Shown here: positions 29,109 to 37,337 of the stretch, piece after piece
Layout of the letters: each line of letters starts with the position of its first letter
Position numbering within the stretch: position 1 is the first letter of the stretch
Origin: a virus
IMG/VR virus record: IMGVR_UViG_651324045_000004
Location: 1 to 64,000 of that record
Strand: one strand, 5' to 3'
Length of the DNA stretch: 64,000 bases
Translations under genes and position numbers: made by a program
Notes under the pieces: model-generated
The model's input: only the letters and a program-made list of their open reading frames with translations
Database searches by the model: none
Told to the model about the DNA's origin: nothing

Positions 29109-29327
29109 TTAGTTGGTGTGAATGCAAATGAGAGTGTAGTTCGAAATTCCCTGTACTAAAGCGAAATCCTTATCTAGATGATTAATATGGAAAAAAAGAT
29201 CATCGGAGCCTGCTATGTGTCCATCTTTCGCGCCCAGTTCGCAAATGATGTCGGCTCCGATCTGGTCACTCAAAGATATTGCTGATAGTTTTGTCGCCGT
29301 CGACATCCAGTTCAAAATTGCATTCAT
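29109..29327 (-). CDS. hypothetical protein
   Basis: 72-aa ORF at the edge of an AT-rich regulatory region. Confidence 0.35.
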   Translation of the reverse strand: MNAILNWMSTATKLSAISLSDQIGADIICELGAKDGHIAGSDDLFFHINHLDKDFALVQGISNYTLICIHTN

Positions 29328-29548
29328 GTTAATACCATTAAATAGTTTATTGCTTATTAGTATGTCTTAAATGATTCATGTCAAAGTTACTATTATTTTT
29401 TTAAGATTACAACAAATTTGCACCAAAAAAGCAGACTTAGCCTATTGATTTTTATTCTATTTTGTGGTTATTTAGCGCCGTCACCCAAAGTTGGCGGTGT
29501 GTATTTACATTTTTGGTTCAGTGGTTTAGTCTTGAACAATACGTAAAT

Positions 29549-29610
29549 ATGTGATTACTTACTAAAATGATTTAATAGTATGTGGTTACTTACTAAAATA
29601 ATTCAATACA
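29549..29610. repeat. Two tandem 31-bp direct repeats (ATGTGRTTACTTACTAAAATRATTYAATA) in the promoter region of the XRE-family gene
   Basis: Seen directly: 29549-29579 and 29580-29610. Confidence 0.6.
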
Positions 29611-29625
29611 AGGCAGACTATAACA

Positions 29626-29930
29626 TGTACGAACCCAAAGGGCGTTACCGTCCGTTTATGACCGCAGCGATGCTCACCTGTGGCAAAACACAAGCTCAGA
29701 TTGCAAAAGAAGTTGGATTTGAGAACGCTAACAACATTTCTCTCATCAAATCTGGCCGTGCTCATCTTTCGTTAGACAAGGTCATCCCATTCGCGAGAGC
29801 TGTTGGTGCGCCGCCAGACGATTTTATGATGATGTACTTATCCGAGAGATTTCCCGAAATATATGAATTTGTTAAAAAAATAAAGAATGAAAATGATGCT
29901 CTGAAGAGCAAGTTAGGCATTACTGATTGA
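29626..29930 (+). CDS. XRE/Cro-C1-type helix-turn-helix transcriptional regulator
   Basis: HTH segment CGKTQAQIAKEVGFENANNISLIKSGR. Start set at ATG 29626 (MYEPKG) with an AAGG SD, not the ORF-track start inside the repeat. Confidence 0.6.
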
Positions 29931-30954
29931 TCTTACATGTTTCAATTAAGAATTCAGAGTATGCTGACATTGCCTCGGACATCCGGTCAAGATAGTCGTG
30001 TCTGTCATAGACGCGATCTATTCCCTCAAGACTGTGGTTCATGATTTTACGAGCCACGTCTTGCTCTACACCGAGTCGAGAGAGTGTACTTCTGGCCGTC
30101 CTTCGTAAATCTCTGATTTCGAAGGGTGCCGGAAGGTTATCGGAAAGATAACCTCTACTCATAATTCTTCTTGATGCCTGAGCTATCAGAACCTTAGATG
30201 CAGGCTTCATTGCATTCTTTGGGGAGGGAACCAGCCAATCGCTGTTCCCGGCTGCGGCCATCATTTTATTAATGCACAGCTTCATTATGGGGCTAATGGG
30301 TAGTGAATGTTCACGACCAGACTTATTCCTACTACCCTGATTCCATACATCATTATTGAGATCGAATTCAGCTCGTTTAGCCCGGAGCACTTCATCCGGC
30401 CGTCTGGCTGAGCAGAGCACGAAACGCGCGGCCCAACGCGTGCTCTCTGAAACATCGGCAAAGTCCCACATGTGCCAAAATTTTTCCAGCTCATCATCCG
30501 ACAACACACGCTCCCGCGGTCTTGGCTTCAGTCCACCGGCTACTTTGTTAAGAGACATCGCTCCAAGTGGGGAAGTCTCGATCACACCCTGGAACTCACA
30601 CCACCCAAGGAACTGTTTTAAAACAGAAAAAACGCGCCGGCTTTGTACTAACTTGCCATCCAACACCAGGGCATTAATTAGTCTGTTAACTGTGAGGCGG
30701 TTGATGTCCGAAACTTTTTTGTTGCCGATCGCCGGCATTGCGTGAACGAGAATACAGTGAACACCTAGCTCTGGGCGCCGGCGCGTCACAAGGAGTGATA
30801 AGCGCGTGAAAAACATAAAGGCTTCACTGAATTTCGAATCGGCATCCATGGTCATCATTTGCGAACCGGTCATGGCTTGGCAGCGCTGGAGATATTGAAC
30901 TGTTTCAGCAGAACAATTTTCCAAAGCTTTATCGATTTCGAACGAATTTAACAT
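29920..30954 (-). CDS. int: Tyrosine recombinase / phage integrase (P4-like family)
   Basis: C-terminal catalytic residues (R...HDLRRT...RVYDRHDY). Start chosen at MLNSFEIDKA, preceded by GGAGG. The ORF-track N-terminal extension is unlikely. Confidence 0.9.
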   Translation of the reverse strand: MLNSFEIDKALENCSAETVQYLQRCQAMTGSQMMTMDADSKFSEAFMFFTRLSLLVTRRRPELGVHCILVHAMPAIGNKKVSDINRLTVNRLINALVLDGKLVQSRRVFSVLKQFLGWCEFQGVIETSPLGAMSLNKVAGGLKPRPRERVLSDDELEKFWHMWDFADVSESTRWAARFVLCSARRPDEVLRAKRAEFDLNNDVWNQGSRNKSGREHSLPISPIMKLCINKMMAAAGNSDWLVPSPKNAMKPASKVLIAQASRRIMSRGYLSDNLPAPFEIRDLRRTARSTLSRLGVEQDVARKIMNHSLEGIDRVYDRHDYLDRMSEAMSAYSEFLIETCKINQ

Positions 30955-31038
30955 CGCTGCCTCCATGTAACTGTATGCATATACAGTATTTAACGGTATT
31001 TTAGTTATAAGGTCAACCAAAGATAACTGGTTTTTTAC

Positions 31039-31071
31039 TGTGATTCCATACCTATAGAGTATGGAATCACA
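31039..31071. promoter_or_regulatory. Perfect 13-bp-arm palindrome TGTGATTCCATAC-ctataga-GTATGGAATCACA upstream of int. A second palindrome, ACTGTATGCATATACAGT, lies at 30970-30987.
   Basis: Seen directly. The position between the divergent int and cargo genes suggests an operator or recombination (att core-type) site. Confidence 0.5.
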
Positions 31072-31131
31072 AAAGGGCGATTTGAATAAATTTAGAGGCT
31101 GTAGCACAATGGTTGTACATAACATTGGAGA

Positions 31132-31722
31132 ATGCATATGGGCCTTGTGTCACCCATTGAAGAAGATGTTTATCTTGAGGAATCGGGATTCCGACGGAAA
31201 AAGTTTGTCTATGACAAGCGCGTTCATCATAGTTATATCTTTGTTGCCGGCGGTGAGGTTTACACCGTAGTTTTCGGGAGCATTAAAGATGAGAAGACGT
31301 TTCAGAAAATTGGCTACAGCTTAGAGCCTGGCATGGCTTTCCCTCACAATGGGATGTCAGAGGTTTACTTCGATATTTGGATTGATCGTGAGTCTTTCGG
31401 AGATTTCCGGCACGTAAAATTCAAAGGGTTGGCGGGTGGTGTTGTATTGGAACAAGTAGCTTTAGCAATGCTTCAACATTATCAAACCTTTGATATTGGA
31501 GGGTTTGTTTTCCAAGCTGCTTCCGGTGGCGTAGCCGATATTGATAGGAAAACTTCCCTCGAAGAGACATACGATTATATTCTTGGGTTAAAACACGAAC
31601 AACGTTATAATAAGAAAACAGGATTACCTAAAGGTAAACCCAGGAAGCTCCTTCCAGACTTCCTGAAAGTTTACAAAGATGACTCAACCGGGAGGGCTTG
31701 TTATGCCGTTACGTCGCAATAA
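31132..31722 (+). CDS. hypothetical protein (integrase-adjacent cargo)
   Basis: 196-aa plus-strand ORF. Confidence 0.45.
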   Translation: MHMGLVSPIEEDVYLEESGFRRKKFVYDKRVHHSYIFVAGGEVYTVVFGSIKDEKTFQKIGYSLEPGMAFPHNGMSEVYFDIWIDRESFGDFRHVKFKGLAGGVVLEQVALAMLQHYQTFDIGGFVFQAASGGVADIDRKTSLEETYDYILGLKHEQRYNKKTGLPKGKPRKLLPDFLKVYKDDSTGRACYAVTSQ

Positions 31723-31996
31723 ACAGAAGCGTGCACTGGTGCAGAATGGTGAGAAACACCTGCTGCAAAGCCTTGCTGCGGCTACTGCAGCGACCCGCAA
31801 CGAACAAGTTCTGGTCTTAACGCCAGAAGGTGTTAAATATTGCAACATCATTAGAGAAGGTGGCAATGTTTCAACTACCTCATCCATGGAAGCTTTACAC
31901 AATAGCTTTGCCCAAAGACAGAAGAAATCCTCTGCTACCATGTTGCGTCGAAAACTGAGCCAGGTATCTCTCAAACGAGAATTCCAGGAAATATAA
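31679..31996 (+). CDS. hypothetical basic protein
   Basis: Plus-strand ORF ending at the bidirectional terminator. The true start is possibly the internal MPLRRNKQ. Confidence 0.35.
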   Translation: MTQPGGLVMPLRRNKQKRALVQNGEKHLLQSLAAATAATRNEQVLVLTPEGVKYCNIIREGGNVSTTSSMEALHNSFAQRQKKSSATMLRRKLSQVSLKREFQEI

Positions 31997-32022
31997 ACAA
32001 AGGCCCTGTTCGGGCCTTTGTT
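31996..32022. terminator. Bidirectional terminator (AAAGGCCCTGTTCGGGCCTTT)
   Basis: GC hairpin with flanking A/T runs between convergent gene sets. Confidence 0.6.
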
Positions 32023-32026
32023 GTTT

Positions 32027-32350
32027 CTACCATTTATTGAATCCAAACTCATCCTTTTCACGCAGCAGTGGTTCGCCACGATACCGGTGTCCTTTCAATG
32101 AATCGCGCTTAGTTGGCACTTCATCATAATCAACAGCTGTCTCGAAAAAGTGATGCGCCTCACTCGGATCAGCAAAACACCAGCGATACCGGAATGGGGA
32201 GACCTCGTCAATATCCATACAGACTGACGTCGTGAATGCCAGTTTCAGCACGCCAATCCAGCTATCGTCGGCCAGCTGCCGCACTCTCAAAAAACCTTGC
32301 TGTAAAAGGTATTCATGCATCTCTTCGGGTGTCATTCGTTTAAAGCTCAT
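32027..32350 (-). CDS. hypothetical protein
   Basis: 107-aa ORF. Confidence 0.45.
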   Translation of the reverse strand: MSFKRMTPEEMHEYLLQQGFLRVRQLADDSWIGVLKLAFTTSVCMDIDEVSPFRYRWCFADPSEAHHFFETAVDYDEVPTKRDSLKGHRYRGEPLLREKDEFGFNKW

Positions 32351-32439
32351 TACGTGATCTCATTGGTTTGTGTCGTTTAATTTTAAGCGACTCAAAAAGG
32401 TTGACCATGAAAGAAGAGAGGGGCCAAGCGGCCCCTTTC

Positions 32440-32700
32440 TTAAAGGATGGATGCGATGGTCGCCAGTTCGGTGTATCCGCCAATCGGCTCGCCCTCGACG
32501 AAGATCTGCGGAACCGTTCGCACCGGCTTCCCGACCAGCTCGCCCAGAGCGACAGCGTCAATGCCGGCTTCGACAATGTCGATATACTCATAGTCACCAT
32601 GACCCTGAGATTTTAACTGCTTAGCCAGCTCTACCGCACGTTTGCAGTAAGAGCAGCTGTCCTTTCCATAAATAACGATTTTCATGCTTTCCCTTAGCAA
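32440..32700 (-). CDS. Glutaredoxin (NrdC/NrdH-like)
   Basis: CSYC active site, TVPQIF, GGY motif. 86 aa. Confidence 0.75.
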   Translation of the reverse strand: MLRESMKIVIYGKDSCSYCKRAVELAKQLKSQGHGDYEYIDIVEAGIDAVALGELVGKPVRTVPQIFVEGEPIGGYTELATIASIL

Positions 32701-32903
32701 GATAAAGATGTGATGCTTTGACCAATGGGGCCACCACGCATTGACGCCAGTACGCCGATACTAGACGTCTGAACAGGCGGGGTCACTTTTTCAAACACCG
32801 TTTTCAGGTGATCTTTAATGCTATCCCACTGCGCTTCCGTTGGGATCTGACCGCCCAGCTCGACGAATCCCTGAAGCCAATATGCAAATTGCTCTGATGT
32901 CAT
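32694..32903 (-). CDS. hypothetical protein
   Basis: 69-aa ORF coupled to the flanking genes. Confidence 0.35.
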   Translation of the reverse strand: MTSEQFAYWLQGFVELGGQIPTEAQWDSIKDHLKTVFEKVTPPVQTSSIGVLASMRGGPIGQSITSLSC

Positions 32904-32910
32904 ATCAGCC

Positions 32911-33180
32911 TCAAAAAGTGGTCGGTTTTGCGATGCTGCGGATCACGGCCATAAAGCCTTTCTGCAGGTCAGTTTTACCGATAGCCAGCCAGCGTTTATC
33001 CGGCAGCTGAAGTGAGTTTTTGGCAAACTCCGCACGTTCCAGTTTCTCGACGAACTCACCCACTTTCTGGGCCAGCTCTTTGCCTTCGTTCATCAGAGCG
33101 ATTTCTTCGGCCGACAGGTCGCGATAGCCTTTAATTTTGGTGTGCTGATCTTTCACGGCACCATCTCCACAATTACCCAA
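32911..33180 (-). CDS. hypothetical protein
   Basis: 89-aa ORF. Confidence 0.4.
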   Translation of the reverse strand: MGNCGDGAVKDQHTKIKGYRDLSAEEIALMNEGKELAQKVGEFVEKLERAEFAKNSLQLPDKRWLAIGKTDLQKGFMAVIRSIAKPTTF

Positions 33181-33698
33181 TCCTCGGCCAGCATGTCAGT
33201 CTGGGATGCCAGCCATGGCACAAATTTGCCGTCAGCTGTTTTCATACCAATCCAGGGCGCCAGCTCCAGATCGCGAGCAATGCCGCAAGCGACGTCGTAT
33301 TGTTTGCCGGACACCATGCGCAAGAACATACCTTTGCCGTTCCAACCTTTGCGAGCTACGCGATGGCCATCTTTCAGCATCTCGATTGCGATGCCAAAAG
33401 ATGCACCTACCCTGGCGGCGTGAATAGTGGTTTCGACTGACAAATAGCCCGATTCAAACGGCCCTTTTGGCGAGTAGGACTCATAACCGTTTTCATAGCG
33501 GACGAAATATCCACCAACTTGAGGCTGGTGCTTGTCGAGATAAGTCTGATCTACTTCGACTTTTGCCACATGCTTGCGGAAGGATAACAGCATTGTCTGC
33601 CCCTCGATTTTCGCAATCTCAGCAGCTTCCACGATTTTAATGCTTTGGTACTGCGGTAATTTAACTTTTGTCATTTCAATATCCCTATTGATAGGCAT
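33153..33698 (-). CDS. hypothetical phage protein (DGHRVARKGWNGKG motif, possibly a DUF2829-like domain)
   Basis: 181-aa ORF directly downstream of phoH. Confidence 0.45.
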   Translation of the reverse strand: MPINRDIEMTKVKLPQYQSIKIVEAAEIAKIEGQTMLLSFRKHVAKVEVDQTYLDKHQPQVGGYFVRYENGYESYSPKGPFESGYLSVETTIHAARVGASFGIAIEMLKDGHRVARKGWNGKGMFLRMVSGKQYDVACGIARDLELAPWIGMKTADGKFVPWLASQTDMLAEDWVIVEMVP

Positions 33699-34515
33699 TT
33701 AAAGCCACTTTGCAGAGTTCAGAGCGGACGCAATCGTCGGCTTCAAACTCAATCAACCCAACGTGCGCGTTTGGTTTAAAGCGGCGCAGTGCGTCGGATA
33801 GCCCGGACTCTTTATTACCAGGCAGGTCACACTGCGTCACATCGCCGTTCACGATAACCGTAACGTTCTCACCCATGCGGGTCAGGAACATCTTCATCTG
33901 TGACGGTGTAACGTTTTGCGCTTCATCCAGAATAACCACTGCGTTTTCGAACGTCCGGCCACGCATGTAAGCGAACGGGGCGATTTCTACTTTGGCAATC
34001 TCTGGCTTGAGACAGTATTCGAGGAAGGATGCGCCCAGACGCTTCTGGAGAACGTCATAGACGGGGCGGAAGTATGGGGCGAACTTCTCACCCACATCTC
34101 CCGGAAGGAAGCCCAGATCTTCGTCAGCTTGCAATACGGGGCGAGTGACGATGATTTTGCGGACGTCTTTATCCAACAGCTTCTGCGCGGCGACAGCCGT
34201 GGCAAGGAACGTTTTGCCGCAGCCGGCTTCACCGGTGGCGAACGTCAGAGGCTTGTTTTCGATGCTGATAAGATAATGCGCCTGAGCCTCGTTACGAGCC
34301 TCAACTGGCGTATTGTCTCGCTTTGGTCGTGGGGTCTGAGCGTCGGTCAGCTCATCGACAATAACGTAATCAACACGACGGCCGCGGAACGCACGATTCT
34401 CTTTTACTGCTTTACGCGCTACCTTACGCGCATGTTTGCGTGATGTACCCATTTTGATTCCTTTCAAATGGTTAGGTGTCGCAATAAATATAACTGCATT
34501 GGATAAGTAAATCAT
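33685..34515 (-). CDS. phoH: PhoH-like ATPase
   Basis: Walker A GEAGCGKTFLA and PhoH core VILDEAQNVTPSQMKMFLTRMGENVTVIVNGDVTQCDL. Confidence 0.85.
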   Translation of the reverse strand: MIYLSNAVIFIATPNHLKGIKMGTSRKHARKVARKAVKENRAFRGRRVDYVIVDELTDAQTPRPKRDNTPVEARNEAQAHYLISIENKPLTFATGEAGCGKTFLATAVAAQKLLDKDVRKIIVTRPVLQADEDLGFLPGDVGEKFAPYFRPVYDVLQKRLGASFLEYCLKPEIAKVEIAPFAYMRGRTFENAVVILDEAQNVTPSQMKMFLTRMGENVTVIVNGDVTQCDLPGNKESGLSDALRRFKPNAHVGLIEFEADDCVRSELCKVALNAYQ

Positions 34516-34681
34516 TACTTATTTTTGAAATAACAAAAAGGAGCCGCGAGGCTCCTTTGATTATTTGCGCTAAAAGTGTCTATCGTGATGCTCAATGGTC
34601 GCTGTGGGTCGAAGTACAGCTTAAAGGCCAATGTCGCCATCAGTCTTTAAGCTGTAGCCTCCGAAGAGGCTACGGCCACAA

Positions 34682-35293
34682 TCAGTTCTTACCGGCGTTA
34701 ACCACAACACCTGCACGACCGGCATCAGCTTTGGCGATTTCGAGGCGGGTTTCGCGCTCTGCGGTAATCTGTCCACGCAGCTCTGCAACTTGCGCTTCCA
34801 GATCGGAGATGCGTTGGTTTTTAGCAGTAGCCTGGGCTTTGTGCTCCGCCAGCTCAACTTTATGCTGGGATACCAGATCGCGGTTCTCAGCGCCAAATTT
34901 AGCAGCAGCAGCCTGATAACCAGCTTCACGCGCTTCGGATACTGCGTACTCGTTGTCGGTTTTGGCCGCGACCAGGTCGGAGTTTAGTGCATCCAGATCA
35001 GCGTGAGTGATAACGGCATAACCGCGTGCTTTCATCAGCTCGGCCAGAACCTTGTCTTCGTTTTCGATTACACGCAGACGCAGCTGGGCTTTGGATTCGC
35101 GCTCGGAGGCAGCGATCTGGTTTTCGATATCAGCCAACTGGCCCTGCTTAAATTCGATTTCTTCAGTCAGAGTTACGGTTGACTGAGACAGAGCGGCCAG
35201 ATCAGCGAACAGCTTTTGGCCGTCGGCAACAACTTTAACCAGTGCTTTAGTAGAACGCTCAGCTACGGTAATAATCTTTTTGACTTCAGACAT
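34682..35293 (-). CDS. hypothetical coiled-coil protein
   Basis: 203 aa, A/E/Q-rich heptad-like sequence. Conserved RBS at the start. Confidence 0.5.
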   Translation of the reverse strand: MSEVKKIITVAERSTKALVKVVADGQKLFADLAALSQSTVTLTEEIEFKQGQLADIENQIAASERESKAQLRLRVIENEDKVLAELMKARGYAVITHADLDALNSDLVAAKTDNEYAVSEAREAGYQAAAAKFGAENRDLVSQHKVELAEHKAQATAKNQRISDLEAQVAELRGQITAERETRLEIAKADAGRAGVVVNAGKN

Positions 35294-35493
35294 GTGTTTT
35301 CTCTTTGTAGTTTATTTGTATGGTTCGCAGCGTTACTTTTCTGACCGTACAGTCTGAATTTCACGCTACTTGCACTTTACGTTAGTGCCAGACGAGGCTT
35401 GTGGCTCGGGCCTAATGGCTGTTTATGCGGTTGATGGCCGCACCATTTTGGCCTCGACACTAAGAGATGTATGGAATCACATCATCTTAGATT

Positions 35494-35569
35494 TGGTGCC
35501 CAAGCAGGTGTTGAACCTGCATCATCGGACTCAGCATCCTCTCGACTTACCGTTTTGTCGCATTGGGCA
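35494..35569 (-). tRNA. tRNA-like element 1: 7-bp acceptor stem (TGCCCAA/TTGGGCA), D-stem CGAC/GTCG, T-arm GCAGG-TTCAACA-CCTGC. The anticodon arm is imperfect.
   Basis: Folded by hand. The anticodon stem has mismatches, so this may be a degenerate or unusual tRNA. Confidence 0.35.
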
Positions 35570-35605
35570 TTCAATCTGAAGGACTCTCGAAAAAGCCCTT
35601 TAGGT

Positions 35606-35688
35606 TGGCGCAAACAAGCGGAATCGAACCACTCTCTACCGGATAAGACGTCTTCCTCGGTCGCAGTCAACCAGACTGCTTTGTTTGC
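35606..35688 (-). tRNA. tRNA-like element 2: perfect acceptor (GCAAACA/TGTTTGC) plus GCCA 3' end, D-arm GCAG-TCTGGTTGA-CTGC, T-arm AGTGG-TTCGATT-CCGCT. The central region contains the palindrome GAAGACGTCTT instead of a clean anticodon arm.
   Basis: Folded by hand. About 83 nt, so it could be a class-II-like or aberrant tRNA. Confidence 0.35.
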
Positions 35689-36094
35689 TTGCACCTCTTT
35701 TATCGTTAAGAGGAAACGGACTGAGCCTGTCACCAAACAGCGGAGGCATATTTGATGGCCTGGAGTAAAGATCGAGGCGATGAAAAAACCTCTTCAATCG
35801 ACTAACATCTCAGTCTGCCGGTGTTCGCCACCTCCGGCTGGGCTATGGCCTACATATCAAGCTCTAAACGAGTCTATCAATAGCAGAAGAAAGTCCGATC
35901 GTTAGCACGCACTTTCTCAAAACCTTCTGCACGCTTTGAGAAAGGCGCTGCGTCGCAATTTCAAATTAACCCAAGATGAAATGAGACATTAAGTAATCAC
36001 ACACGACGCAGCTGTTTGGGCGGTCAGTTGCGGACTGAAACCGGGATATGGTTATTGAAAATGCTCCTAACCACCCAAACAGCTGAAACGTGGG

Positions 36095-36125
36095 AGAGTG
36101 ACGCGGGAATCGAACCCGCAATCCT
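36095..36125 (-). other. Isolated tRNA 3'-half-like element: perfect T-arm GCGGG-TTCGATT-CCCGC plus acceptor-like 3' strand. No matching 5' half was found.
   Basis: Seen directly. It resembles the tRNA 3' fragment typical of att sites or tRNA remnants. Confidence 0.3.
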
Positions 36126-36534
36126 CAGCCTCAAATATGCTATTTGCATTTCACACATCAGGCATCGGAATAAACCTTTAAGTCACCAGACTTCGCTCGC
36201 CGACGCTATGCACAGCTAATCGACAAACTAAAAGGCCATCACCCATGTTCGCAGAGACTCGCCGTCTGACTCTATCGCGTGGTTAAGGGTACGTGGGTCA
36301 GTATCGCCTATTCACCAGCAAGTCTCTGCTATCCATTAGTAATCACACCGGATCAGTGCGCCGAATTTTTTAATGAGGAATCGGAAGACCTCACTGACTT
36401 ATAGGCTGTTAAGCCGCCATCAGAACTACATCATCGTTTGCATTTACTTTGTTGGTCAGTTTCTAAAAAACCGCAAAGCCGCTTAACGTCGAAAACGAGT
36501 TAATCTTAGTGAAAACTTATAAATAAGTAAACAC

Positions 36535-36786
36535 TTATTTATCTTTGTTTTTATTTTTTTTGACGGTTACGATGTAACCCTTTGTTGTTACTGTGTAACT
36601 TCTATCGTCTCGAATCCCATCCCAGCGGAGAGATGTTAAGCTAATCAACCTCGATACGACGTTTTCCATCATGTCGTCATTAACGAAAAACTTAACCGTC
36701 ACCATATCGACGATCCGAGATACAGCTCTCGTCACGGTGTAAAAAACACAAACTAGAATAAATGCGAGCAAAATATAGTCTGTCAT
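36535..36786 (-). CDS. hypothetical membrane protein
   Basis: 83 aa with an N-terminal TM helix. Confidence 0.4.
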   Translation of the reverse strand: MTDYILLAFILVCVFYTVTRAVSRIVDMVTVKFFVNDDMMENVVSRLISLTSLRWDGIRDDRSYTVTTKGYIVTVKKNKNKDK

Positions 36787-36937
36787 TTAACATTCCTTAT
36801 GTCAGTTGAGTGAACCACTCGATATACGCGCCGCCCAAAGCAAATGACGCCAGTTTTAATTTCCTGCTTAATCAAATCGTGGGTAACAACTACGCCGAGT
36901 AGAAACCCGGCGATAGCTCCCATCAAAAGATATGGGA

Positions 36938-37153
36938 TCAACTAAAAGCTCCTGCGTTGACAAGTTCAGCCAGAACAACCCTGCCTCTGGTCGTCAGCTG
37001 AAAATTCTTTTGCTTCCCTTCAGGGGAGATATTTTCAACGAATCCCATCCGCTCCAGTTTTGCACGAGTCTTCGGGCGCCAGTGTTCGTAGAATCTCTCC
37101 CACTGGCTTATTTCTCGAAGCGTGCTTTTTTCCAACTTACTTAACTGGATCAT
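36938..37153 (-). CDS. small putative winged-helix DNA-binding protein
   Basis: 71 aa, basic, with helix-rich sequence. Confidence 0.35.
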   Translation of the reverse strand: MIQLSKLEKSTLREISQWERFYEHWRPKTRAKLERMGFVENISPEGKQKNFQLTTRGRVVLAELVNAGAFS

Positions 37154-37337
37154 CTACACCTCCCACAGCTAATCCCTTTGCCTCAGAGGTCACATCGACG
37201 ATTCGGTAGATTCGACCTCTGAACTCCATAACCCCAGCCTTGATACTGTCCTTCTTTATCGACACAAAAAACATTCCACCCAAAACAAAGCCCAGCAAAA
37301 AGGTCGACAGACCAAAGCCAATAAGGTCACTTATCAT
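37137..37337 (-). CDS. small membrane protein
   Basis: 66 aa with a TM segment. Stop/start coupling with the neighbouring genes. Confidence 0.35.
   Translation of the reverse strand: MISDLIGFGLSTFLLGFVLGGMFFVSIKKDSIKAGVMEFRGRIYRIVDVTSEAKGLAVGGVDDPVK

Noticed and set aside
29920-31137. 405-aa ORF-track version of the integrase
   Set aside because: The upstream extension lacks an RBS and overlaps the palindromic regulatory region. A GGAGG-preceded ATG at 30954 gives a normal-length integrase.
31684-32079. 131-aa minus-strand ORF
   Set aside because: It runs antisense across the two plus-strand cargo genes and through the bidirectional terminator at 31996-32022. It is implausible as a transcript.
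36040-36190. Attempt to extend tRNA-like element 3 into a full tRNA
   Set aside because: No complementary 5' acceptor strand lies at a plausible distance. Only the 3' half is present.
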